A stretch of 64,000 nt of DNA from an uncultured Methanoregulaceae archaeon (GTDB lineage: Archaea > Halobacteriota > Methanomicrobia > Methanomicrobiales > Methanospirillaceae), in contig OY970061.1 in assembly GCA_963705255.1 (NCBI GenBank), forward strand, positions 192,001 to 256,000. Direction: 5' to 3'. A program made the position numbers and the translations under genes. Under the pieces are notes generated by a model. That model worked only from the letters and a program-made list of their open reading frames with translations, had not been told where the DNA came from and searched no databases. Numbering within the stretch: the first letter of the stretch is position 1; every line of letters begins with the position of its first letter. Below, piece by piece: positions 29,851 to 41,372 of this stretch.

Positions 29851-31029
29851 TTACGCCCTGCCGTTTCCGGGCGGCCTGCCGGAACCTGCGTGGCCGATCC
29901 GGTAATCTCCCGGGGGCACCGTTATCTCGAACCGCGCCCCCGTCCCTTCCGTGCCGGTCTCCTTGATCGAGACGCCGGTGATGGAGAGGATCTCACGGAT
30001 CAGGAAGAGGCCGAGTCCGGAGTCCCTGCCAAACCCTTTGGTAAAGATATGCTGCTTCTCATCGGCCGGGATCCCCACACCGTCGTCTTCGCAGATGATC
30101 ACGAGAGCGGAGTCCGACAAGTGGTACGAGAAGGCGATGCGGGTCACCGTTCCCCCGTGCCTGAGGGCATTGTGGATCAGGTTGTAGAATACTTTCCCGA
30201 TCATGGGGTCGGCAAAGATCTCCAGCCGGTCGAGATCCACGGAGATCTCTGCCGTACCATGGTCCAGGTGCCGGGCAGCCTCCCGGATAACCGTTGCAAC
30301 CTGGTGCCATACCGGGATCTGCGAACCGATCTCCTGGTAATCCCGGGTGAAGGCAATCTGGTCCTGGATGGCGAGGGAGGTCTTCTCCAGGATCTCCAGA
30401 TGTTCTGTTACCGGCCCGTCTCCGGCGATATCTTTTATGGCGTCAAGTTCCACCAGCAGGGCGAAGACGCGGTTGGAGATGTCATGCCGGGTGATCTGCG
30501 AGAGCAGGGTGAGTTTCCGGTTTGCCATGGCGAGTGCGGCCTCGACCCGCCTCCGCTCGGCAATGTCCCGGTTCAGCTCCTCGTTGACCTCGGACAGCTC
30601 GCGTGTCCTCAGCGTGACGCGTTCTTCGAGCGTCCGTGCCAGCACTTCGAGGTGCTCCTGTGCCGTGCGCCGCTCGGCTACCTCTGCTTCGAGGCTCGTG
30701 TAACTGGTCTTGATCTCCCAGACCAGAAGGGAGATGATGGCCAGCATCAGGATGAAGACGGCCCGGTCGGGAAGATCCGAAGGATTCACGCGGGCAGACC
30801 CCGATATGAGGCTGCCCAGGAGGATTGTCAGGGTGAGGAGCCATGCTGTAAAGAACGGTGCGTACCGGTGCCGGAGCCAGACCGACATGAGGAGAGGGAT
30901 CAGGTACAGGATCCAGATGACGAACCCGAGGGGGATGAGGACGTCGGCGGATACGATCCCGATGCAGAGACAGAGCATGGACAGCTGGATGAGCCGGTCC
31001 TTTTCCTGTGGTGTTTTCCCAAGGTCCAC
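29851..31029 (-). CDS. membrane sensor histidine kinase
   Basis: N-terminal TM segments, RHDI H-box, NL..NA..HG, DDGVG, GLGL. Confidence 0.92.
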   Translation of the reverse strand: MDLGKTPQEKDRLIQLSMLCLCIGIVSADVLIPLGFVIWILYLIPLLMSVWLRHRYAPFFTAWLLTLTILLGSLISGSARVNPSDLPDRAVFILMLAIISLLVWEIKTSYTSLEAEVAERRTAQEHLEVLARTLEERVTLRTRELSEVNEELNRDIAERRRVEAALAMANRKLTLLSQITRHDISNRVFALLVELDAIKDIAGDGPVTEHLEILEKTSLAIQDQIAFTRDYQEIGSQIPVWHQVATVIREAARHLDHGTAEISVDLDRLEIFADPMIGKVFYNLIHNALRHGGTVTRIAFSYHLSDSALVIICEDDGVGIPADEKQHIFTKGFGRDSGLGLFLIREILSITGVSIKETGTEGTGARFEITVPPGDYRIGHAGSGRPPGNGRA

Positions 31030-31411
31030 CGGGATGATAGGATCCCTTCCGGATGATGGGGTATATGATGCGTAAAATCATAAGTACCTTGCTTTCTGAT
31101 CGCTGTGGTGCCGGAATGACAGACGGATCTCTTTCTGACATCGCTTTCATCTACCGGGTACCGGTATTCTCGCCGGAGGACGCGGATGCCGGTATTTTTT
31201 TGACCCGGATGAGATTCCGGAGGGTTGCATGCCGTTAATCCCAATTCCCGGGAACTTTGTTCAGCCCCGGTTCCTGACACCGGAAAAATTTCAGGGGATC
31301 AGGCGGATCGGTCCGGCATCCGGAATACAACCAGAATAAAATATAATTATATTTATACAATTCCAGGAGGAGGGGAAAAATATTTCCATTACCAGATGAT
31401 ATTTAAAGCTA

Positions 31412-32884
31412 ATGTTCTCCCTCCTCTATGTGGATGACGAGGCCGACCTGCTTCAACTGGGAAAACTGTTCCTCGAAAAAGGGGGGGAATTTTCTGTTGC
31501 CACGGAAGATTCTGCGCGGAACGGGCTGCAGAAACTGGCAGAATGCCGGTTCGATGCCGTCATTTCCGATTACCAGATGTCGGGCATGGACGGCATCGGG
31601 CTGCTCAAACAGGTGAGGTTACACTACGGCAGCCTTCCCTTCCTCCTCTTTACCGGGAGGGGACGGGAAGAGGTCGTCATCGAGGCGATCAACAACGGCG
31701 CCGACTTCTATGTCCAGAAGGGAGGCGACCCCCGCTCCCAGTTCGCTGAACTCCGGTATAAGATCCTGATCGCCATCGAGCGCAGGAGGGCGGTCGATGC
31801 ACTCCGGATCGAGAACGAGAAGAACCGGGGTCTCATGGACCATGCCAACGATGCCATTTTCATCGCTGATGCAGAGACGGGAATGCTCATCGATGCCAAC
31901 ACGAAAGCCCAGGCCATGCTCGGCAGGTCCCTGGAAGAGATCCGTGCCATGCACCAGAGCGAGCTGCACCCGAAGGATGAGATCGATCTTTATAAGGAGT
32001 ATTTTGCCGAGCATGCCCAGCGGGGCACCGGTGTGCAGGCAGAGATGGTCGTTGACCGGGAGGGAAACACCATACCCGTGATCGTCAGTTCGACGGCCAT
32101 GGACCTTGGCGGGAGGCGGTGCCTGATGGGTATTTTCCACGATATCTCGGAGATCCAGCGGGCACAGGATGCGCTGAAGATAGCCAACAAAAAACTGAAC
32201 CTGCTGGCGGAGATCACCCGCCACGACATCCGGAACAAGCTTACGGTCGTGGGAGGGTATCTCGAACTGGTCAGGGACCGTCCCGCCGAACCTGAATATT
32301 CCATGTACCTGAGGAAGATCATCGACACCGTGAACACGATCGGGCAGAACATCGAGTTCACGAGGCTGTACCAGAACCTGGGCGTCACCGCCCCGGGCTG
32401 GCAGAACGTCCATGAAGTCTTCTTCCGGGCATGCACCCATCTCGACATCAAGAGGATCTGTGTCCAGTCCGATGCCGACGGTCTTGACATATTTGCCGAT
32501 CCCCTGCTCGAGCGGGCATTTTATAACCTTGCGGAGAATTCAATCCAGCACGGCGGGGATATCTCGATCATCCGGATCTCGGCGCAGGAAGAGGGTGACG
32601 GGGTAACCATCCGGATAGAAGACAACGGTGTCGGCATACCGCCATTTGACAAGGAGAATATATTTTCCAAAGGGTTCGGGAAGAATACCGGACTCGGGCT
32701 TTTCCTTGTGCAGGAGATCCTGATCATCACCGGTATCAGCATCCGGGAGACCGGGGAGTACCACCAGGGTGCCCGGTTCGAGCTCCATATCCCCAAGGGT
32801 GCATACCGGTTCAACCCGGAAAAAAGCGACCGCTGCCACCTTGCGGTGCGCGGGTTCTACCAGGAAAAAGTCCGCGGCAATTAA
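31412..32884 (+). CDS. REC-PAS-histidine kinase hybrid
   Basis: VDDE, SDYQM..MDG, PAS domain, RHDI, DNGVG, GLGL. Confidence 0.93.
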   Translation: MFSLLYVDDEADLLQLGKLFLEKGGEFSVATEDSARNGLQKLAECRFDAVISDYQMSGMDGIGLLKQVRLHYGSLPFLLFTGRGREEVVIEAINNGADFYVQKGGDPRSQFAELRYKILIAIERRRAVDALRIENEKNRGLMDHANDAIFIADAETGMLIDANTKAQAMLGRSLEEIRAMHQSELHPKDEIDLYKEYFAEHAQRGTGVQAEMVVDREGNTIPVIVSSTAMDLGGRRCLMGIFHDISEIQRAQDALKIANKKLNLLAEITRHDIRNKLTVVGGYLELVRDRPAEPEYSMYLRKIIDTVNTIGQNIEFTRLYQNLGVTAPGWQNVHEVFFRACTHLDIKRICVQSDADGLDIFADPLLERAFYNLAENSIQHGGDISIIRISAQEEGDGVTIRIEDNGVGIPPFDKENIFSKGFGKNTGLGLFLVQEILIITGISIRETGEYHQGARFELHIPKGAYRFNPEKSDRCHLAVRGFYQEKVRGN

Positions 32885-34029
32885 AACAGGGACTTCAGCC
32901 CGGACAGGAACAGGGGTCTGATGAGCCGGATCATGGCGGGGTTCAGCAGGAGTTTTCCGATGACCGCGCCTGGCCTGTCCATGTCGAAGTACTCTTCTAT
33001 AATCCGGATGACGGAGGGGTCATTGAGCGCCGTTATGAAGGCGTCAATATCCCCGTCCGACATCCGCTGGCGCATCCCGAAGAGCCGGAACCCGAGTCTC
33101 AGTTCCTTTCCGAAGTCAGCCTGCCACTTCTGTTCGTAGCCGGCGAGCGCTGCGTCATCGAACCTCCCGCGTTCGCAGGATTCCGCGGCGACCGCCGCTG
33201 CGTGCCGGGCCGAGCGTACACCGGTATAGATCCCGCCCCCGGAGGTAGGTTTTGCAAACCCTGCCGCATCCCCCACAAAGAGCGTGCGGTGTCCGTACGT
33301 CCTGGGCATGATCCCAAGGGGAAGGGTGCCGGTGACAAGGTTGGTTGAGCCTGCAGGACCGAAAGTCTTCATCAGGGCCTCAAACCGCTGCGGCACCTGC
33401 GTCTTCCCGCACAGCCCCACCCTGATCCGGTTCCCTGCGGTGGGAACGGACCAGCCGAAAAAATCCGGTGATGCATCCGGGTACAGTTCGACCAACCGGG
33501 GATCGCACTCGTGGGCTATATCGGCCTGGATGCCGGCAAGAAAGACGGGTGCCCGCTCCATCCCGAAGAGCCGGGCGATGGTGCTGCGGGGGCCGTCGGC
33601 AGCGATGAGCAGGTCAGCGCTCTGTTCTTCATGGCCGTTCACGCCCCTCGTCAGGACGGTGCGCCCCCGTACGCCATACACGGCGGTCCTGAGCCGGAAC
33701 TCTGCACCGGCATCGGCCGCAGCTCCCGCCATCTCCCAGTCGAGGGCACCCCGGTCGACGACCACGGCCCGGGTGGTTCCGGTATCGATGAGGATCTCGC
33801 GGCCCCGCCCGGACCGGACCCTGGCCCCGCTCACCCGGTTGAGCACGGACCGTTCCGATACGCGGCACTCGGCAAAGGCGGCATTCGAGAGGAGCCCGGC
33901 GCACTGCACGGGATACCCGATCGTCCCGTGCTCTTCGAGGCAGAGGGTCCTGAGGCCCTGCCGGGCACATTCGCACGCCGCGGCACTGCCGGCCGGGCCG
34001 GCGCCAACAACGATCACATCATAGGACAT
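32881..34029 (-). CDS. geranylgeranyl reductase family flavoprotein
   Basis: GAGPAG, PVQCAG, AADG, VGDAAG..KP.SGGGI. Confidence 0.9.
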   Translation of the reverse strand: MSYDVIVVGAGPAGSAAACECARQGLRTLCLEEHGTIGYPVQCAGLLSNAAFAECRVSERSVLNRVSGARVRSGRGREILIDTGTTRAVVVDRGALDWEMAGAAADAGAEFRLRTAVYGVRGRTVLTRGVNGHEEQSADLLIAADGPRSTIARLFGMERAPVFLAGIQADIAHECDPRLVELYPDASPDFFGWSVPTAGNRIRVGLCGKTQVPQRFEALMKTFGPAGSTNLVTGTLPLGIMPRTYGHRTLFVGDAAGFAKPTSGGGIYTGVRSARHAAAVAAESCERGRFDDAALAGYEQKWQADFGKELRLGFRLFGMRQRMSDGDIDAFITALNDPSVIRIIEEYFDMDRPGAVIGKLLLNPAMIRLIRPLFLSGLKSLF

Positions 34030-34088
34030 ATCTCGGGATACATTCCGGATGCAGTTTTCCCATTTTCCCCCGGAAAAAAATCAAAGGA

Positions 34089-34661
34089 TTATCTGTTTTC
34101 CCGGTCATCAGGGATCTCGCATGCAGCACTGCCTGCTGCAAAGTCTCCGTCCGAATCGTCCGGGTTATAGAACCCGAGCATGATAGAGAAGAGGCCGAAC
34201 ACCAGCGCGAAGGTCCCGACAACCGAGAGGGCGGGATCGCTCATGAATGCCGGGAAGTACGAGAACAACACTGCAAGGAGAACAAAACCGGAGATGACCA
34301 TAACGGGGATGAGGACATATTTGCTCTTCGGGTGAGCCAGGGCGAGCGTGATATCGGTAAAACCGTTATAGATGGCGATTGCCGCGATGATCAGGATGAG
34401 GAGAATCGCCACGAACGGGGCAAAGATGATGGAGAGCACCCCGACGATGAGCAGCGCTACAGCCATGCCGAACCAGAAGATCGATTCATCGCTTTTTGCT
34501 GTGATGGCAAGGAACAGGAACAGGGCTATGCCTATCGCGATCAGGATCCAGAACAGCCCGTAAAATGTTCTCTGAACAATTTCAGGGATAAGAAGGGCCA
34601 GAATCCCGAAAATAACCCCTGCAAATCCTCTTAAAAGGCATGATGTCTTTGCATCCAGCAT
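34089..34661 (-). CDS. HdeD/DUF308-like membrane protein
   Basis: LLRG..GVIFGILAL..P, six TM segments. Confidence 0.65.
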   Translation of the reverse strand: MLDAKTSCLLRGFAGVIFGILALLIPEIVQRTFYGLFWILIAIGIALFLFLAITAKSDESIFWFGMAVALLIVGVLSIIFAPFVAILLILIIAAIAIYNGFTDITLALAHPKSKYVLIPVMVISGFVLLAVLFSYFPAFMSDPALSVVGTFALVFGLFSIMLGFYNPDDSDGDFAAGSAACEIPDDRENR

Positions 34662-34941
34662 AATTTCCCCTCACGTGACCGTGACCCGCTCACGTCCTAC
34701 ACTCACTTAGTGATACAACTACAAAATCCCATCCTGTCCGTTACCATGTCTTTGGGAATGCCTCTGCGGTGAAGAGTAGTATCTACTGGTCAGGACATAA
34801 AAATACCCTGATCACCGTGCCGGTCACGGATCTCACGCGGGAGCCGGGTGATGCGTGCCGCCGGCAGCTTGGCATTTCCCATGATAATGATGACCGTCTC
34901 AACAACGTATAAACGAACCGGCGGTGATGTTGTAGTAGGGA

Positions 34942-36129
34942 ATGGATTGCATGACAGGGGTACCCTTGAGCAGGGAGACCTGGCAGGATATTCGTCCTGA
35001 AATCCCGGTGATCACCGTGTTCCAGCGCTCTCCCAACACCACCGGCCCCCGGGAGGTCCGCGATGACGCCTTATTCAGGCAGGTCATCGGCAACGAACTC
35101 GCCGAGGTGCAAAAAAGCCGGGCCGCGTTCAGGTCCAGTACGGTACACGGTCTTCCCGAAGCGGTGATCCTGTTCTTCTGTCTCCTGGCAAACCTGGCGT
35201 TCCTGGTCGGGCGGCATGATTACCTTGCACTGTTTATTGCTGCCAGCTTCTACCTCAACATGTTCTATTTTATCACGCTCCTGATACCGACCAGCCCGGG
35301 TGCGGCCGGTCTCCCGAAAGCAGAACTCCGGAGGTTCCTTTCATGGCTGCGGGAGATCGGCCTCAAGGGCGGGACATCGCAGTTCACCCGCCTCTTTATC
35401 AACGTGTTTTTTATCAACAGCCGGGCCCTCTCCCTTGGAATCGGCCTGATCTTCTCGGTGGATATCGTATTTACCCTGTCTGCCTACCTTTTCCTCAAAA
35501 TCCCGGCCGGGATAACGCTCATCGTCGCAGCCCAGTGCACGATCATTGCCGTCTTCTATCTCCTGGTCTGGAAGATGGAGCCGTTCTCCTCCCGGTTTGC
35601 AAAAAACGTGGAAAAAATGAAAACACGGCTCTCAAAGGATTATATCCCCCCGTGGGTGATATCGGTCCTCTTCATGATCGGGTTTTTCTTAATAGTGATC
35701 CTCTTCCTGACAACGATCATCCTCCTGCCTGGCATCACCGTTGCTACATTTCTTTCGGAGTCTGGACTTGAAGCACTCGGGCACCTGGTCCTGCTCATCG
35801 CCATACTGGCAGCCAGCCAGTATTTCATTATCCGGTACTTCCACGGCATAAGCAGCCGCCTGATGGCAGAACGGCTTTTTGAGTACAAGGAAACGGCTCT
35901 CCGGGGCCTTATCGAACGGGAGAATAAAAAACAGGAGACCCTTCCCGTTCCGGCAGAAAACCCGTATGAGACCACAACCCTGCTCCTGGAGTCCAAGATT
36001 TACCAGGTCAGACGGATCTCATTATTCTGGACCTTCCCGGTGTATATCGTGGACCTTGACTTCTCCGTAATGCTGGACAGCACGACGCTGACTGCGATCC
36101 GGGGCTATATCCAGGAAGCCGGACCGTGA
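34942..36129 (+). CDS. multi-pass membrane protein of unknown function
   Basis: 395-aa ORF with about six TM segments. Confidence 0.75.
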   Translation: MDCMTGVPLSRETWQDIRPEIPVITVFQRSPNTTGPREVRDDALFRQVIGNELAEVQKSRAAFRSSTVHGLPEAVILFFCLLANLAFLVGRHDYLALFIAASFYLNMFYFITLLIPTSPGAAGLPKAELRRFLSWLREIGLKGGTSQFTRLFINVFFINSRALSLGIGLIFSVDIVFTLSAYLFLKIPAGITLIVAAQCTIIAVFYLLVWKMEPFSSRFAKNVEKMKTRLSKDYIPPWVISVLFMIGFFLIVILFLTTIILLPGITVATFLSESGLEALGHLVLLIAILAASQYFIIRYFHGISSRLMAERLFEYKETALRGLIERENKKQETLPVPAENPYETTTLLLESKIYQVRRISLFWTFPVYIVDLDFSVMLDSTTLTAIRGYIQEAGP

Positions 36130-36632
36130 AAGCGGCCCCGGCGGATGCACGGACCGGAAAAAGAGGGAGGTTCCCGGATCACGGGGAGGTATTCTGTCTC
36201 AGGCAACGGTGCGATCTGTTCCAGGATCGCGCTGTCGGCCGGGGTCACATAAACGAGGTGCTGGCCCACGACAACGAGGCTCCCCACCGGCTTTCCGCGG
36301 CCTACCGGGAAAGAATGGTAGAGCTGTACGGCAGCATCCCGGGACTCAGCGCTGTCGAACGACTGGGTCGATACCGTGACGGTGGTACCGGAACTGTCGG
36401 AGAGCACGTAGGTCTTCCCCCCGATCGCACCGGGCAGGTTCCAGGTCACGTCCTTTGCACTCAGGACCGTGATCCCCTTTGCCAGGGCCGCCTCTTTGAC
36501 CGGTTCACCGGAGACCAGGTAATATGGGGATTCTGCCGAGACGAAGATGATCAGTGCACAGGGGATCAGGAACATCGCGACGAGGAATATCGCAAGCCCG
36601 ATCTCAAGCCGGGTATAGGCAGTCATGGACAA
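36105..36632 (-). CDS. membrane-anchored hypothetical protein
   Basis: N-terminal TM segment; follows the permease on the same strand; C-terminus may be frameshifted. Confidence 0.6.
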   Translation of the reverse strand: MSMTAYTRLEIGLAIFLVAMFLIPCALIIFVSAESPYYLVSGEPVKEAALAKGITVLSAKDVTWNLPGAIGGKTYVLSDSSGTTVTVSTQSFDSAESRDAAVQLYHSFPVGRGKPVGSLVVVGQHLVYVTPADSAILEQIAPLPETEYLPVIREPPSFSGPCIRRGRFHGPASWI

Positions 36633-36671
36633 CCCCCCTCTGCGGTAGTGGGATACAGGACGCTCATTTTT

Positions 36672-38109
36672 TTACCTCCGGTACCCGCCGGCTTTCTGCC
36701 AGCCGGGTTTTCTGAATTTCAGGAACACGAGGGGAGGTACTGCAAGCAGGAACGTCCCGAAGAGTACGGCTGCGACATAGGCGAGGCCGCTGGTCGCGAA
36801 GTAGGACGGGGGCATCAGCCCGACAATGAAGGCGAATACCGTGCCAAAAAGCCCGAGCCCCCCGACGACCCAGACTCCCGCCTTTCCGCCGGGGATCCTG
36901 AACGGCCGTGGTCTGTCCGGCTGGCTGTAGCGCAGCTTGATCACGGCGGCAAATACGAGGATGTAGACGATACACAGGAGCTCGACGGTCATTGCCGAGA
37001 GTATCCAGTACGCCTGGTTGACTGACGGGAGGAAGACGTAGAGGAGGGAGATGGCCGAACCGATGAGTGCCTGGATGACCAGCACTGCCACCGGGGCGCC
37101 GTACCGGTTGGTGCGGTCGAACATCGGCGGCATGTTGCCCTCTTCTGCGACAACCCCAAGCCCTTTGGCAGGACCGATGAGCCAGGCAGCAAGGGAGACG
37201 ACCCCGCCAAGGGTGATCAGGTCCTGCCATCGGCGCGACGAGCCCGGGCATGTGGGCGGCCGTGAAGAAGTACTGGATCGCCTGCATGACTCCCGACGCA
37301 AGGTTGAGCTGGTCGGCGGGGATGACGACCGCGATCGCGAGCGTGGCAAGGACCGTGCAAACGACAATGATAGCAGCGGACAGGGCCATGGCACGGGGGA
37401 AGTCCTTCTGGGGATCCCGGGTCTCCAGCGCGTGGAACCCTGCCATCTCCATGCCGGCAAAGAGGAGTATGATAGTGGCAAAGAACGGCAGGGTGGAAAC
37501 GTTGATGACCGGTATCAGGGCGCCCGGCGAAAAGGGCGGGAGGACGAGGGCTGCGCCGGAACCGAACCACCAGATCCCGAGCAGGATGATCAGGAGCGCG
37601 GGGATGATGCTTCCCAGGATGACGCCGATATTGGAAAATTTCGTGGACACGCCTTCCCCGAGGCAGGCGATTGCCGTCGTGCCCCAGAACGCGATCATCA
37701 TGACGCTGAACATGTACAACGAGCTGGCGGCAAGCGCCGGTGTCAGGGCAAATGCGAGGGTGGACGCGATGAAGGAGAGGACCGTGGGGAACCAGACCAG
37801 GTTGTTCGACCACTCGCAGAAGAGTGCGGTAAAACCGCCTTTCTCCCCGAACGCCTGCCTGACCCAGGCATAGACACCGCCGCCTTCCGGCCACCCGGTC
37901 GCCAGTTCCGCCCCGGCGAGGGATATGGGGATGAGGAAGAGGACGGCGCCGATGATATACCAGCCGATGCACGACCACCCGTAGATTGCCATGGACGGGA
38001 AATTCCTGATACTCAGCACTGCCGCCACGTTGATCATGGCCAGCGCAAAGAGGCCGAGCACTTTTTTCGATGGCAGGGCGGCTGCCCCGTCCGGACCGGT
38101 CCCGCTCAT
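36672..38109 (-). CDS. APC amino-acid/amine antiporter (GadC-like), frameshift at ~37222
   Basis: SIRNFP, ELAT.WPEGGGVY.W, FAGME, P.KDFP; second frame WLIGPAKG, LRY..PD.PRPFRIP. Confidence 0.88.
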
Positions 38110-40415
38110 TTCTTCTTCTCCCTGATGCAGTACATCATGTATTCTCCGTTGATATTCTCAATGCCGTGCGTATCGTGCCCGAACCCCGGGAAGCGGTTGT
38201 CGAAGTCCTGGAGGGATTTCAGGTACTGAAGCACCGGTTCATTCTGTTTCCCGGTCCGCTCCCCCGGTGCAAGGATGGGGATGCCGGGAGGATACGGCAC
38301 GATTCCCGTTGCCACGATGCGGTTGCCCGCTTTTGCTACCGGGACGTGTTCGACCTCGTTCCTCACGAGCCGGGTAAATGCTTCAGCATAGGTGACCGCG
38401 GGCTCGGGCAGGAGCGAGAATGCCTGCTGGAGCAGTTCGCACATGCGGTGCCCTTTTTTGAAGGCATGCATTTCGTCGACAAGCCCCTTGATGGTCATGC
38501 CGGCGTACCTCTCCGGGCAACCCCGGGTGAGATCCGGGAACACCTCTTCGAGCGGCACGTTCTCATCGTACAGCCGCTTGAACTCGAAGAGTTCGGTGAG
38601 GAGGGTGCCCCACTTTCCCTTGGTGATGCCCATCGAGAAGAGGAAGAGGATACTGTAATCACCGGACTTCTCGTTGATGATCCCCCGCGTGTCGAGAAAC
38701 CTGACCACGATGGCAGCCGGGATCCCCCACCCTGCCAGCGTCCCGTCGTCATTGACACCGGGCATAAGCACGGTGACCTTGATCGGGTCCAGCATGCAGT
38801 AGTTGTCCTCAAGGCCCTCAAACCCGTGCCATCTCTCACCCGGGTGGAGCACCCAGCAGGAGGGGTTGTCCCTGAGTGTCTCAAGCGGTAAAGCGGCAAA
38901 GGGGATCTTCTTCTTCGTCTTCGGGTCCCTGACGGTATCCGGCTGCCACATGGTGAACCACCAGTCGGTCCCGGTCTTTCCGGTCCCGAGTTCTTTCCCG
39001 ATACGTGCCATGGTGCGGCGGAAGCGGATGGCCTCCTCGATGGTCTCGGCGGTCAGCAGCCTGCCCGATGCCCCGTCCATCATCTTCGAGGAGACGTCAA
39101 GAGAGGCGATGATGGTGTAGAGCGGGGAGGTGGAGCTGTGCATCATGAACCCTTCATTGAACCGGCTGTGTTCTACCGGCACTCTCCCGTTCCTGACATG
39201 GATCATGGATGCCTGGGAGAGGGCCGCGAGCAGTTTGTGGGTGGACTGGGTCGCAAAAACGGTCGGGCCGCGGGCGTCCCGGGCACCGTCGCGCATGGCG
39301 AACCGGTTTGTATAGAGTGGGTTGAACCGGGCATAGGCATACCAGGCCTCGTCGAAGTGGATGCTGTCCACGCTCCTGCCGAGGAGTGCCTCCACCTCTT
39401 TTGCATGGTAGCACAGCCCGTCATACGTCGAGTTGGTGATGATGGCATGGACCGGTTTTTTGTCCGGGGCGGTCTTCGCAAGCGGGCAGGCCGCGATCTT
39501 TTTCCGGATCGCTTCCGGGGTCATCTCCGATTTCGGGATAGGGCCGATGATCCCGTAGCGGTTCCGGGTCGGGATCAGGTAGACCGCTACGGAATGGGTC
39601 ATGGTCAGGGCATGCTCCGCTGACTTGTGGCAGTTGCGGTCCACCATGACGATGTCGTCTTTTGTCACCCTGCCGAAGAAGACGATCTTGTTTGCGGTCG
39701 ACGTCCCGTTGGTAACAAAATAGGTCATGTCGGAACCGAACACCTTCGCCGCATACTTTTCTGCCTCGCCGACCGGTCCAGAGTGGTCGAGGAGCGACCC
39801 GAGCTCCCCGACCGATATGGAGAGGTCGGAGCGGAAGAGCTGTTCCCCGAAGAATGCATGGAAGAGCCGTCCCGGGGCCGACTTCCTGAAAGCCGTCCCC
39901 CCGGCATGGCCGGGCGTGTGCCACGAGTATTCGAAATCCTTCGAGAACCTGACCAGTTCGCCGAAGAACGGGGGGAGGAGGCGCTCCTGGTAGCGTTTTG
40001 CAGCGGCGGTGATACGCCCCGCGATGAATTCAGGGGTATCCTCCATGACGTAGATGTATTCACTGATCTCGCGGATCATGTCGACCGTGAGGGATACCGG
40101 GGTCTCGCTGGTGGCCTCGGCCATCAGGAAGATCGGGATATCCTCGTTGCGGTCGCGTATCTCGTGGATCAGGTCCTGGGTCTCTTTCTGCTTCTTGGGG
40201 GTGCCCCCGCCGAGGTTCCAGTTGATGAGGATACAGTTGACTGCAGGGAGGTTGGAGTAGGCGGCCCGGGCGTCGGCCGGTGAAGCCACGTCTGCGACCC
40301 TGATGCCATAGGCCTCGATCCCCTGCACGATCCGTTTGATAGCCCTCCCGTGCGGGGTATCCGTATGGATGGTGTCATCGATGATGGCGACCTGCAGGTT
40401 TTCATCCGGGTTCAT
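38106..40415 (-). CDS. PLP-dependent Orn/Lys/Arg decarboxylase
   Basis: wing domain, HTPGH.GG, DRNCHKS, HFDEAW, QSTHKLL, PYPPGIP. Confidence 0.95.
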   Translation of the reverse strand: MNPDENLQVAIIDDTIHTDTPHGRAIKRIVQGIEAYGIRVADVASPADARAAYSNLPAVNCILINWNLGGGTPKKQKETQDLIHEIRDRNEDIPIFLMAEATSETPVSLTVDMIREISEYIYVMEDTPEFIAGRITAAAKRYQERLLPPFFGELVRFSKDFEYSWHTPGHAGGTAFRKSAPGRLFHAFFGEQLFRSDLSISVGELGSLLDHSGPVGEAEKYAAKVFGSDMTYFVTNGTSTANKIVFFGRVTKDDIVMVDRNCHKSAEHALTMTHSVAVYLIPTRNRYGIIGPIPKSEMTPEAIRKKIAACPLAKTAPDKKPVHAIITNSTYDGLCYHAKEVEALLGRSVDSIHFDEAWYAYARFNPLYTNRFAMRDGARDARGPTVFATQSTHKLLAALSQASMIHVRNGRVPVEHSRFNEGFMMHSSTSPLYTIIASLDVSSKMMDGASGRLLTAETIEEAIRFRRTMARIGKELGTGKTGTDWWFTMWQPDTVRDPKTKKKIPFAALPLETLRDNPSCWVLHPGERWHGFEGLEDNYCMLDPIKVTVLMPGVNDDGTLAGWGIPAAIVVRFLDTRGIINEKSGDYSILFLFSMGITKGKWGTLLTELFEFKRLYDENVPLEEVFPDLTRGCPERYAGMTIKGLVDEMHAFKKGHRMCELLQQAFSLLPEPAVTYAEAFTRLVRNEVEHVPVAKAGNRIVATGIVPYPPGIPILAPGERTGKQNEPVLQYLKSLQDFDNRFPGFGHDTHGIENINGEYMMYCIREKKK

Positions 40416-40684
40416 CGGGTCCTCCCGACAGGTACGGGCCCAAGCTGTATCTCCTTGTGGTACAACATCCTGCGCATAACCAGTGGTAAAGGTCTTAACC
40501 TTTATATAATGGTGTACCGCCCGTGAATTACCCGCCGATTCTCATTATCCCGTCAGTTTCGGAATCAAAATCCCGCAACGAGCGATCGCCCGGATACCGG
40601 CACGGGAACCCGGTTGTCACGGGATGCAGGAAAAAGGAATAGTACAAATACTTCCTTTGTTTATTCTACACCGGAGATATTTGT

Positions 40685-41254
40685 ATGACCGAAGAAATTC
40701 CCAATGCTGAAAAGCTCCTGTCCAATCCGAACCTTTTTCCCTGGTGGCTCCTTCTCGTCTGGGGCATCCTTGCCCTGCTGATCGGGTGCATGTTCCTTGC
40801 CACCCCCGGGCTGACCACCGTCCTCTTTATCACGCTCCTCGGGGCGTACTGGCTCGTGAGCGGGCTGTTCGCGCTCGGGAGCCTGGCAGTCGACAGGACA
40901 AATGCGGGATGGAAACTGTTCCTTGGGATCATCAACATCCTTGCCGGGATCCTCATCCTCCTGTATCCCCTCTACAGCACGATCTTCGTGCTCTCGTTCT
41001 TTGTCATCTTCATCGGGTTCTGGGCCTGCTTCATCGGCGTTGCCCACCTGTACCAGGGGTTCACGACAAAGGATGGAGGCAACGGGGTGCTGGGGGCCAT
41101 CAGCCTGATCTTCGGGATACTCCTCCTCATCAACCCGTTCATCGTGGCAGCCCTCCTGCCCTTTGTCGCCGGCGGATTTGCCATCATCGCCGGCCTTGCG
41201 TCTATCATCGTCTCGTTCACGGCAAAGAAGACGCAGGAAATACCGGCGAAGTAG
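40685..41254 (+). CDS. HdeD/DUF308 acid-resistance membrane protein
   Basis: WW.LL..GILALLIG...P with repeated GI..I..G helical pairs. Confidence 0.85.
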   Translation: MTEEIPNAEKLLSNPNLFPWWLLLVWGILALLIGCMFLATPGLTTVLFITLLGAYWLVSGLFALGSLAVDRTNAGWKLFLGIINILAGILILLYPLYSTIFVLSFFVIFIGFWACFIGVAHLYQGFTTKDGGNGVLGAISLIFGILLLINPFIVAALLPFVAGGFAIIAGLASIIVSFTAKKTQEIPAK

Positions 41255-41372
41255 GCCGGTCATCTGATTTTACTTTTTTTCCGGGGAATCCCGGCGCGGA
41301 GCGGAGACCCGGCGCACCCTGCACACGACCTGCCGGGTCGGCCACGGGTTTATGGTATAATGCTATAAAAAA

